64,000 nucleotides of DNA from Patescibacteria group bacterium (lineage in GTDB: Bacteria; Patescibacteriota; Patescibacteriia; UBA9570). The notes beneath the pieces were generated by a model, which saw nothing but the letters and a program-made list of their open reading frames with translations, was not told where the DNA came from and made no database searches. A program made the translations under genes and the position numbers. This document shows, piece by piece, positions 19,565 to 28,191 of this stretch (position 1 is the first letter of the stretch; the number at the start of each line of letters is the position of its first letter). The stretch covers positions 4,260 to 68,259 of the forward strand of contig JBAYIY010000003.1 in NCBI GenBank assembly GCA_041665365.1, read 5' to 3'.

Positions 19565-21466
19565 ATGTCGGAGTTTGAAAAACAAATATTTGCTAATGCC
19601 AACCAGGATTACGACGCCGCCTTTGCCAAATTATTTGGGGCGTATTGCCATGATGTTTTTCGAGTCGCTGTGGCAGCCTCATACTATTCAGTTGATCCAG
19701 CTATTGATTTAACGCGGGAAGTGTTTGCTGAGGCCTATAAATATATCCATGCTTTTTCACCACAACAGGGTAGTTTTCATTTACATCTCATGATGGTTTT
19801 GGTGAAAGTTTTACGCAAGCGATCCACCCCTGTCCCGTCCACTCACGAAATCATACCGAAATATTTAAAACACAGATTACGGCCAGATGCCGCTCGACTG
19901 TGGTATGCCATTCAGCATTTACCGTTTGATCTCTGGTTGGTATGTGAACTATTTTATGGTGGACATTTTACACCTCCAGAAATAGCTTATATTTTAAATC
20001 AACCAGTTAGTCAAATACAAACTTTACTAGGCCAAGTACATCATTATTTACGCCAAGTAACGCCGACTTATCATGAACATTTGATAAAAATATATAAACG
20101 GCGCAACCGATTTGCTGTGTTAAAACCAAATCAACAAGTCCGTTTGATGCGTTTGCTCTTAGAACGAAAGCGCATGCGAATGACTTTTATTCAACGCAGT
20201 GTTTGGCAACGCTTAGCTCGACCGAGAAATATATTAATTTTAGCAATAACTGGTGGATTAATCGGTGCAATGATTGTAGCTCTATTATATCGTGAGCCGG
20301 CTCGACAATTATTTACGCAAAATAATTTACCAACTACAAACCAAGTATCCAGTCTATTTACTAGTGTAGTAACAGATCGTCGACCCAGTTTCTTATATAA
20401 GTCAGGTGACTTACCAAAAGTTGAGGTTGTGCGTGAATCATTAGTAACCGTTACTGAAAAATTATATGGTACCAAATATGTTAGTGATCAAACTCAGCCA
20501 ACTGATGCTGATGGTTTAACACCGCAGTTTAGTTTTGCTTTCGCTGAGGATAAATATATCCAGGTTAGTACGGCTTATACTTACATGGTGCCCGAAAAAT
20601 TATCTGAAGATACGTTGCAATATGCGGCCTTAAAACATTTTGTTTCGCTCCCATTGAATCAATTTACTTATGTGAACGGTACATATTATATCCCGGAAGA
20701 TCCTACTCAATTTCGGCCGTTATTTATCTCCTTTAATAATAACGGTGCAATTGATTATCAAATGCGACAAGTCGCGATTTGTGATTTACCCAATTTAACT
20801 GAACCAATTGCTGATACGCAAGCGCAATCATTTGGCTATGAGTTTTTAAAAGCTCATAAATTTATTGAAGCCGATGAAGCTGATTTAGAGATTGAACGAA
20901 TGAGTAGTGAAAATCGTACTGTACCACTCGATGCCTTTTGTAAAAATGGTGATACCAAACCCGTGCAAGATCGTTTATTAGTGTATTTTACTCCACAAAC
21001 CTCATTGAAATTTGGCACAGCAGCGAATGATCAATTACCACTGCGGTTGCCCGGTGTGGCGGTGCAATTACATGGTAAACATATTACTAATCTACGGGTC
21101 GATCCATTATTTTTACTTTTACAATCAGCGGTGCGCGGTTCAGACGTGACCTTGAAACCCCTCAGTCAAGCGATGACAGAGTTACAGAAATATCACTATC
21201 CCAATGAAGCGGAGCTAGGTGAAGCACAGCGTCATGCTACAGTCTTTCCACAATGGAATCATAGTCACGGGTCAGATCGATTTACGCAAATGGCTGTGAG
21301 CACAGTGGCCTTAGAATATGTTTATGATGAACTCAATCACACCATCGAACCTTATTATATTTTTACTGGTATGGGTACTGATGGTAATGGTAAAACTATT
21401 TCAGCACGGTGGTATGTGACAGCTTCTACAACTGATGTTGAATTAAGGGGACCGTACAGGGAATAG
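19565..21466 (+). CDS. Degenerate ECF sigma-factor-like domain fused to a TM helix and a large extracytoplasmic domain
   Basis: AAFAKLFGAY...AIDLTREVFAEAY...F...GSF (region 2-like); AIQHLP...FTPPEIAYILNQPVSQIQTLL (region 4-like); TM ILILAITGGLIGAMIVALLY. Confidence 0.6.
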   Translation: MSEFEKQIFANANQDYDAAFAKLFGAYCHDVFRVAVAASYYSVDPAIDLTREVFAEAYKYIHAFSPQQGSFHLHLMMVLVKVLRKRSTPVPSTHEIIPKYLKHRLRPDAARLWYAIQHLPFDLWLVCELFYGGHFTPPEIAYILNQPVSQIQTLLGQVHHYLRQVTPTYHEHLIKIYKRRNRFAVLKPNQQVRLMRLLLERKRMRMTFIQRSVWQRLARPRNILILAITGGLIGAMIVALLYREPARQLFTQNNLPTTNQVSSLFTSVVTDRRPSFLYKSGDLPKVEVVRESLVTVTEKLYGTKYVSDQTQPTDADGLTPQFSFAFAEDKYIQVSTAYTYMVPEKLSEDTLQYAALKHFVSLPLNQFTYVNGTYYIPEDPTQFRPLFISFNNNGAIDYQMRQVAICDLPNLTEPIADTQAQSFGYEFLKAHKFIEADEADLEIERMSSENRTVPLDAFCKNGDTKPVQDRLLVYFTPQTSLKFGTAANDQLPLRLPGVAVQLHGKHITNLRVDPLFLLLQSAVRGSDVTLKPLSQAMTELQKYHYPNEAELGEAQRHATVFPQWNHSHGSDRFTQMAVSTVALEYVYDELNHTIEPYYIFTGMGTDGNGKTISARWYVTASTTDVELRGPYRE

Positions 21467-21475
21467 AAACATTCC

Positions 21476-21584
21476 GGAGTTTACCCACTCACTGGAATGT
21501 ACCCCCTAGCCCCCTTGCAGGGGGAACAAGATTTTTTCTCACACTTTTTCTTAGCCCCCTGCAAGGGGGTTGGGGGTAAATTCC
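21476..21584. repeat. ORF-less family B element, near-copy of the right end of the DUF559 cassette (48768-48870)
   Basis: TACCCCCTAGCCCCCTTGCAGGGGGAA...CACTTTTTCTTAGCCCCCTGCAAGGGGGTTGGGGGTAAA shared; lies between convergent genes. Confidence 0.88.
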
Positions 21585-21586
21585 GT

Positions 21587-22477
21587 TTAAGAGATCAGTT
21601 CTTTCATTGTCTGTTCCCATCTCTTCTGCAATTCTGGTCTTGGATCATAAGTATGAAATTTCAGAATATCATCTGAGAGTACCACAACGCTCGATTCTAT
21701 CGGCCCACTAAGTTGTTTGAGTTGTTTAGGCATGAACCACAGTTGGAGTTTTTTTAATAATCTTTCCCATAACCACAGGCGATCTGGCAGGTGACTAGAA
21801 CCAACTGTGCGATTAGGGTACATTTGATAGGCTGGTGTATTAGGTAAAACTTGTTTGATCCAATCATATTGTAGATTTTTAAACAAATGTTGTGGGTCAT
21901 AAATGGGTAGGAGTTGCGCTAACCAATAGGCCTCTAATAAATCACCATCGTTGTTTCTCAACTGGTCTAGTTTGGTTAAACCAGTTGGTGTGACATAAAA
22001 ACTTAAACATATAGCATCTTTGGTATGATTTGGTTTAGGACGAACATTAAGTAGTTTGGCTAATAAAGTTGTATAAAATCTGGTTGACCAGATATGATCA
22101 GGAGCAGTGACAATCAGGATATCAACATCACTATTACATTGTACATTGTGATAGGCTAATGTGTTTACTAAAGCCATGGCTCTAACGCCGGGCAACATGG
22201 TTAACCAACCTAATAAGCGGCGGCGTTTATTCCATTTTCGTTCAGATTCTTGGTAACGTTGTTGTCGTATAACACTTAAATTTTCACGCCCCTGAAACAT
22301 AACAAAACCACCGTGTTCTATTAATTGTGGTAGTTGTTTGGCTACAGTCATCGTTTCACTTAATGAAGTTTGAGGTGACCGCCATAAATAGCGATAAATT
22401 TCTGGATAGGTGAGGGGAAAATCAAATGAATCAAAATACACTAGTGTTGCCAGAATCGATTGTTGTAGTGGTGTCAT
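21587..22477 (-). CDS. Hypothetical protein with nucleotidyltransferase-like DxD motif
   Basis: VNTLAY...NSDVDILIVT, KDAICLSFYV; ATGA overlap with uvrA stop. Confidence 0.55.
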   Translation of the reverse strand: MTPLQQSILATLVYFDSFDFPLTYPEIYRYLWRSPQTSLSETMTVAKQLPQLIEHGGFVMFQGRENLSVIRQQRYQESERKWNKRRRLLGWLTMLPGVRAMALVNTLAYHNVQCNSDVDILIVTAPDHIWSTRFYTTLLAKLLNVRPKPNHTKDAICLSFYVTPTGLTKLDQLRNNDGDLLEAYWLAQLLPIYDPQHLFKNLQYDWIKQVLPNTPAYQMYPNRTVGSSHLPDRLWLWERLLKKLQLWFMPKQLKQLSGPIESSVVVLSDDILKFHTYDPRPELQKRWEQTMKELIS

Positions 22478-25302
22478 AAGCGCCGTAAAAACTGCGCGGT
22501 GTAGGAGTTCTTTACCAGTTTCACTTGTTCTGGAGTACCTTCAGCAATAATTTCGCCACCACCATCACCACCCTCGGGGCCTAAATCTATCAACCAATCA
22601 GAACATTTTATAACATCTAAATTATGTTCGATAATCAATACACTGTTACCTTTATCAACTAACTTATGTAACACACTAAGTAATCTTTTGACATCGGCAA
22701 AGTGTAAACCAGTGGTTGGTTCATCTAGAATGTATAAAGTTTTACCAGTGGCGCGGCGTGATAATTCTGTGGCCAGCTTAATTCTTTGGGCTTCACCACC
22801 AGATAGGGTTGTAGCATTTTGTCCGAGTTGAATATAACCCAAACCGACATCTAATAAGGTATGTAATTTTTCATGAATCGCTGGAATATGAGTAAAAAAC
22901 TGGACAGCCTCTTCAACCGTCATTTCCAAAACATCAGCGATCGTTTTACCTTTATAGTGAATTTCTAAAGCCTGTAAATTGTATCTTTTACCCTGACATT
23001 CATCGCACTTTACATAAACATCTGGTAATAATTGCATAGCAATGCATTGGACACCATCACCTTCACACGCCTCGCACCGGCCACCCTTCACATTAAAAGA
23101 GAACCGGCCAGCTTTATAACCGCGCATTTTGGCCTCTGGTACTTGCGTGAATAAATCACGAATGGCAGTAAAGACCCCGGTGTAGGTGGCGGCATTAGAA
23201 CGTGGGGTTCGACCAATGGGGGATTGATCAATATGAATGACTTTATCGAGATGTTCCAAGCCGGTTATTTCACGATGTTTACCGGGATGATCTTTGGCAT
23301 TAAAAAAATGTTGCGCCAGTGCTTTGGCGAGAATATCGATCATGAGTGTAGATTTACCTGAACCAGATACGCCGGTGATACACACTAATTTTCCTAATGG
23401 AATAGACACATCAATATTTTTTAAATTAAATTCTTGCGCCCCAAAAATTTTAATGGCCTTACCGTTGCCTGAGCGATATTTTTTAGGTGGAGAGATTGTC
23501 TCTTTGCCAGATAAATACAAACCAGTCAGAGAATGTTTATTTTTCTTAATGACGGTCGGTGTACCTTCCGCGACAACTTCACCACCATGGCTACCGGCGC
23601 CTGGGCCAATATCAATCACATGATCAGCGGCTTCAATGGTGTCGGCATCATGTTCGACCACAATTACGGTGTTACCTAAATCACGCAAGGTTTTTAAAGT
23701 AGCAATCAAACGAGCGTTATCACGTTGGTGCAAACCAATTGACGGTTCATCTAGTATATAAATCACCCCCATGAGGGCTGAACCAATTTGGGTGGCTAAC
23801 CGAATGCGTTGGGCTTCACCGCCAGACAAGGTGGCAGCGGCGCGATCTAAAGTTAGGTAATCTAAACCGACATTATGTAAAAACTCTATCCGTTCTTTAA
23901 CTTCTTTCACAATGGGGGAAGCAATTTTTTGTTCGCGTTGCGTTAATTCATAACTGGAAAAAGTTGTACGCAATTGGCTAATACTTAAGGCACACAAACT
24001 AGCAATATCAGCAGCATGAATGGTAACTCCGAGTACGGCTGGTTTTAATCTTTTGCCAGAACAGGTTGGACACAGTGAGATGCGCATGTACCGTTCGATT
24101 TCACCGCGCATGTAATCAGATTCAGTTTCTTTGTAGCGGCGTTCTAAATTCGGAATGACACCTTCATAGGAGGTATAAAAACCTTTAACTTTACCAGGTG
24201 CATAAGGGGCATTGATATCATAACTATTATCTCCAGAACCAAATAACACGGTTTGCAGAGCAGCGGCTGATAAATCTTTCACTGGATCATGAATCGAAAA
24301 ACCTTGGGCTTGTGCCACGGTTTCTAAAATACGCATCATCCAGGTTTGATTAGCCGAGGTGCGTGACCACGGGCGAATGGCTCCTTCGGAAATAGATAAG
24401 CGTTTATTTGGAATAATCAAATCAGGATCCACTTCAAGTTTGGTGCCTAAACCGGTACATTCTGGGCAAGCGCCATGGGGGCTATTAAACGAAAAATTAC
24501 GCGGTTCCAGTTCTTCCATATTAAAACCACAGTTGGGGCAAGCGAACCGTTCGGAAAATATTTGATCACGTTCAACTGTGGTATCGTGAATAATCACTAA
24601 GCCGTTTCCTAAATCTAAGGCCGTTTCCAAAGATTCAGCGAGGCGTTCTTTATCCAAGTCTGCCGTGATGGTGAGGCGATCAATCACAATATCAATAGCG
24701 TGTTTTTTCTTTTTATCTAAAGTCATGTCTTCAGCTTCTTCAATCGGAAGCATCAGACCATCAATTCGTAAGCGGCTGTAACCAGATTTTTTGGCTGTGT
24801 CTATGACATTACGGTGTTCACCTTTTTTATCACGAATCACCGGAGCTACGATCATTACTTTGTGATCGATTGGTAAATGAGTGACCGCTTCAATAATTTG
24901 TTTAACCGTTTGTTTACAAACCACTGTGCCATCATTTGGGCAATGGGGGATACCGATACGGGCATAGAGTAAGCGCAGATAATCATAGATTTCAGTGACT
25001 GTGCCAACGGTGGAACGGGGATTGTGTGACGTAGTTTTTTGATCAATTGAGATGGCCGGTGACAAACCAGAAATTTGATCAACGTCTGGTTTATCCATTA
25101 AACCCAAAAACTGGCGCGCATAGGCTGATAAGCTTTCCACATAACGGCGTTGCCCCTCAGCGTAAATAGTATCAAACGCCAAAGATGATTTTCCTGAGCC
25201 GGATAATCCGGTAATCACCACCAATTGATTACGCGGAATATCAACAGAAATATTTTTTAAATTGTGTACCCGCGCTCCCCGGATAGAGATGAAATTATCC
25301 AT
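22474..25302 (-). CDS. uvrA: Excinuclease ABC subunit A
   Basis: GARVHNLKN, GLSGSGKSS, two LSGGEAQRI motifs, zinc fingers; start at ATG 25302. Confidence 0.98.
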   Translation of the reverse strand: MDNFISIRGARVHNLKNISVDIPRNQLVVITGLSGSGKSSLAFDTIYAEGQRRYVESLSAYARQFLGLMDKPDVDQISGLSPAISIDQKTTSHNPRSTVGTVTEIYDYLRLLYARIGIPHCPNDGTVVCKQTVKQIIEAVTHLPIDHKVMIVAPVIRDKKGEHRNVIDTAKKSGYSRLRIDGLMLPIEEAEDMTLDKKKKHAIDIVIDRLTITADLDKERLAESLETALDLGNGLVIIHDTTVERDQIFSERFACPNCGFNMEELEPRNFSFNSPHGACPECTGLGTKLEVDPDLIIPNKRLSISEGAIRPWSRTSANQTWMMRILETVAQAQGFSIHDPVKDLSAAALQTVLFGSGDNSYDINAPYAPGKVKGFYTSYEGVIPNLERRYKETESDYMRGEIERYMRISLCPTCSGKRLKPAVLGVTIHAADIASLCALSISQLRTTFSSYELTQREQKIASPIVKEVKERIEFLHNVGLDYLTLDRAAATLSGGEAQRIRLATQIGSALMGVIYILDEPSIGLHQRDNARLIATLKTLRDLGNTVIVVEHDADTIEAADHVIDIGPGAGSHGGEVVAEGTPTVIKKNKHSLTGLYLSGKETISPPKKYRSGNGKAIKIFGAQEFNLKNIDVSIPLGKLVCITGVSGSGKSTLMIDILAKALAQHFFNAKDHPGKHREITGLEHLDKVIHIDQSPIGRTPRSNAATYTGVFTAIRDLFTQVPEAKMRGYKAGRFSFNVKGGRCEACEGDGVQCIAMQLLPDVYVKCDECQGKRYNLQALEIHYKGKTIADVLEMTVEEAVQFFTHIPAIHEKLHTLLDVGLGYIQLGQNATTLSGGEAQRIKLATELSRRATGKTLYILDEPTTGLHFADVKRLLSVLHKLVDKGNSVLIIEHNLDVIKCSDWLIDLGPEGGDGGGEIIAEGTPEQVKLVKNSYTAQFLRRL

Positions 25303-25315
25303 ATGAATCGCGAGT

Positions 25316-25344
25316 AGTATACGCCCGTGATATACTATGGTCAA
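25316..25344. promoter_or_regulatory. Overlapping divergent uvrA/uvrC promoters
   Basis: Minus: TTGACC-17-TATACT; plus: TGaTATACT (-10 at 25331-25336). Confidence 0.65.
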
Positions 25345-25346
25345 GC

Positions 25347-26528
25347 ATGCGCACTGTTATAGCTCAACAATTAAAGACTTTACCCAAACAACCGGGTGTA
25401 TATTTGTTCAAAAACCGGTTTGGTAATGTTCTGTATGTCGGCAAAGCCAAAGTTTTACAACAACGGGTGCGGTCATATTTTCGCGCACAGACCGACTTAT
25501 CTGATTTAAAGTTATTAATGATTCCACAGATTGATGTGATTGATACCATTCCGGTAGCGACAGAGACGGACGCGATTGTTTTAGAAGACCAACTGATTAA
25601 AGATTATCAGCCACGCTTTAATACTTTAGCCAAAGACGATAAAAGTTTTTTATATATTCATATTACCGCCGAAACTACTCCGCGTATCCTGGCCGTCCGG
25701 CGGCCAGATTTAGCGAGTGGAGGAATTTTTTACGGACCATATCCGTATGCAAAAAATATCCGATCGCTGTTACTTTTAATACATAAAATTTTCCCGGATA
25801 CTCAACAAATCGATCGGGTGATTGCCTTGTTAGAGGGTAAATTGTCTAACTTAATTCCAGACTTACAGACCGCCATGCAGCAGGCAGCGCGCCAAAAACA
25901 CTTTGAACGAGCCGCCCATTTACGCGATCAAATCCGAGCTGTGCAACAATTAAAAATGTTACGCAAAACACCGCGCCAATACTTGTTAGAAAGAATGCAA
26001 ACTACATCTTTGGATATAATGATCGGCCTGAAGGAATTATCACACGCCTTACATTTACCAGAATCTTTGCACCGCATTGAAGTGTATGACATCTCGCACC
26101 ACCAGGGGCGATATATGGTTGGTTCGATGATTGTGTTTATTGATGGCTTACCGGATAAAGCCGAGTATCGTCGATTTAAAATTAAAAGTGTGTTAACCGG
26201 TCAATCGGATGATTTTAAAAGTTTACGGGAAGTGGTGCAGCGCAGATTAAAACGTGATTGGTCATTACCGGATTTGGCGATTATGGACGGCGGTAAGGGG
26301 CAACTTAGTGCGGTGGCACCATTGTGGCAATTAGCCGGAGTGCCAGTAGCAGCTTTAGCCAAAAAACGGGAAGAATTATTTTTACCCGGTATACCTTTGC
26401 CGGTATTATTATCAGCCGGGAGTCAGGGTTTATTTTTAGTACAAAGAATGCGCGATGAAGCGCACCGGTTTGCGATTAGTTATTATCGTTTATTGCACAG
26501 CCGGGCTATGCGCCAGGCAGGGAAATAA
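25347..26528 (+). CDS. uvrC: Excinuclease ABC subunit C (compact)
   Basis: PGVYLF...YVGKAK, UVR domain FERAAHLRD, RIEVYDISH, DGGKGQL, RMRDEAHRFA. Confidence 0.9.
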   Translation: MRTVIAQQLKTLPKQPGVYLFKNRFGNVLYVGKAKVLQQRVRSYFRAQTDLSDLKLLMIPQIDVIDTIPVATETDAIVLEDQLIKDYQPRFNTLAKDDKSFLYIHITAETTPRILAVRRPDLASGGIFYGPYPYAKNIRSLLLLIHKIFPDTQQIDRVIALLEGKLSNLIPDLQTAMQQAARQKHFERAAHLRDQIRAVQQLKMLRKTPRQYLLERMQTTSLDIMIGLKELSHALHLPESLHRIEVYDISHHQGRYMVGSMIVFIDGLPDKAEYRRFKIKSVLTGQSDDFKSLREVVQRRLKRDWSLPDLAIMDGGKGQLSAVAPLWQLAGVPVAALAKKREELFLPGIPLPVLLSAGSQGLFLVQRMRDEAHRFAISYYRLLHSRAMRQAGK

Positions 26529-27249
26529 TATCCTCAGCGGTCGCGCCGATCATGAGTAATTCAGCATCAGTGACAGTTAATTCTTCAGTACCAGATCGAA
26601 TAACTATACCATTACCAGTGTTAGACCGGAGGATAGTGGGTTGCTTATTTAATAAAGGTTGAACGGCGGGTAAAGCTGATAATTTTGTCATTAAACCAGA
26701 GGCTGGTTTTTGTAGAGGCAATTCATGAATTGCCTCTACAGGTTGTTGAGTGGGTTCAGGTTGTTCAAATGTGGCTAAAGCTGTTTTAGTGGCTTGAACT
26801 TTCTTTTGCAGATCAGTGAGTTGATCGGCATAGCGTTGGTTAATATGATCCATTTCATCCAACAGACCCTGGCGATCTAACCCACCGGCGGAATAATTAT
26901 CAAAAGCTTTTTTCTCATCGATTTTTTGTAATCTAACCACTTCTTTGAGTTGGGTATTTTGTTTTTGTAAAACCTCTTTTAACTGAGCGATCTGTGCGGT
27001 GTTATCTGGCACAGCGGCCGTTTGACGATCCAGTTCAAACAATTCACGTTCTAGTGCCTGTTGGCGGGTTTCACTACCTTGGATTTTAGAAATCCAATCT
27101 TTCATGTTACCCAAAAGAGTATTCTCTTCTTGTTGTAATTTTTCTAGTTCAGCTTGTACCGCACTCCGGCGATCCGGCGTAGCCGAAACTGGTGTCACAG
27201 GTGGAACTGGTTGTAACTTAACGTTGGGGGATAAAGTTATATCTGGCAT
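26506..27249 (-). CDS. Hypothetical coiled-coil protein containing an in-frame family A palindrome
   Basis: 247-aa ORF, Q/E/K/L-rich heptads; PVEAIHELPLQ. Confidence 0.6.
   Translation of the reverse strand: MPDITLSPNVKLQPVPPVTPVSATPDRRSAVQAELEKLQQEENTLLGNMKDWISKIQGSETRQQALERELFELDRQTAAVPDNTAQIAQLKEVLQKQNTQLKEVVRLQKIDEKKAFDNYSAGGLDRQGLLDEMDHINQRYADQLTDLQKKVQATKTALATFEQPEPTQQPVEAIHELPLQKPASGLMTKLSALPAVQPLLNKQPTILRSNTGNGIVIRSGTEELTVTDAELLMIGATAEDIISLPGA
26711..26740. repeat. Perfect 30-bp family A palindrome inside a CDS
   Basis: TGTAGAGGCAATTCATGAATTGCCTCTACA. Confidence 0.88.
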
Positions 27250-27259
27250 AATGTTTAGC

Positions 27260-28042
27260 CTACTCTAAAGTGAAGTCCTTTAAAAGGTTACTAACTGTTT
27301 TATCAAAAATCACACTTGATCCAGTTGGGGCATACTGACCAAGAATTGTTACCACGTATTGTTCAGACTGAGCAGTTGTGACGGGGAAATAATGCACTAT
27401 GATGGGATTATGATTGGCGTCATAGGCATGTTGCGTAGCGCCGTTGCGCGCAGCGACAGCCGTAGGGGATGATACCGCAATGGTGCCGTCATAAGTGGGG
27501 GCGGCTTGTTCGAGCCAAGTGGAAAAATCGGCTAAGTCATTTTTTGTCACCGTGATAGTCATAGTAGTAGCATCGATGCCAGTGTGTGTGTAGCGCACGG
27601 AATTGGTGGCTTGATCGGTTAACGTCCAACTGATCGGTAAGGCCAGGGTCATTTCACCAGCCGATGTCAGAACTTGTCTTTTTTCTATTGTGTTCAGCAT
27701 AAATAAACCGCTGTTATCCTTGGCTAAGGCAGACATTTCTAGGAAAGTGGCTTGGGCATAGCCGGCCACAACAATTAACGCCAAGGCGCCAACAAACACA
27801 ATACTATATATATTAATCAGGTTATGTCGCATCGACCAGGTTTTAACTTTATGTTTATGATGGGTCTGGTGTTTGGGTGCTGACGCGGGTGGCTCGGCCG
27901 GCACATGCGGTGACACCTGATAGATGTCTAATGGGCTGACGGCCGACTTTTTTTTACGACTAACACGAGCCCGGGTTTTTTTGGCGGTGGGTGCAATTTT
28001 TTTCTTAGGTGTGGTTTTTTTCTTTGTAGTTTTTCTTTTCAT
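27260..28042 (-). CDS. Hypothetical single-TM protein with Lys-rich N-terminus
   Basis: KRKTTKKKTTPKKK, one TM helix, C-terminal beta-rich domain (LPISW). Confidence 0.6.
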   Translation of the reverse strand: MKRKTTKKKTTPKKKIAPTAKKTRARVSRKKKSAVSPLDIYQVSPHVPAEPPASAPKHQTHHKHKVKTWSMRHNLINIYSIVFVGALALIVVAGYAQATFLEMSALAKDNSGLFMLNTIEKRQVLTSAGEMTLALPISWTLTDQATNSVRYTHTGIDATTMTITVTKNDLADFSTWLEQAAPTYDGTIAVSSPTAVAARNGATQHAYDANHNPIIVHYFPVTTAQSEQYVVTILGQYAPTGSSVIFDKTVSNLLKDFTLE

Positions 28043-28090
28043 AGAACAATATGAGAATTGTACAACGGATGTTTTTTTGAGGCAAGGGGG

Positions 28091-28191
28091 AGACCTCTCC
28101 TCCCCAACCCTCCTCTCCTTCGTTAGGAGAGGAGGGAGTAAGAAAGAAAACCCCCTCTCCTTCTGAAGGAGAGGGGCAGGGGGAGAGGTCT
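28091..28191. repeat. Family B double-hairpin element with AGACCTCTCC terminal inverted repeats
   Basis: Inverted near-copy of 53383-53509; overlaps pcrA stop codon by one base. Confidence 0.88.

Noticed and set aside
19345-19578. 77-aa ORF on the plus strand
   Set aside because: Antisense to tRNA-fMet and built from the family C repeat; spurious
27924-28166. 80-aa hydrophobic ORF
   Set aside because: Antisense of the Lys-rich gene start plus repeat sequence
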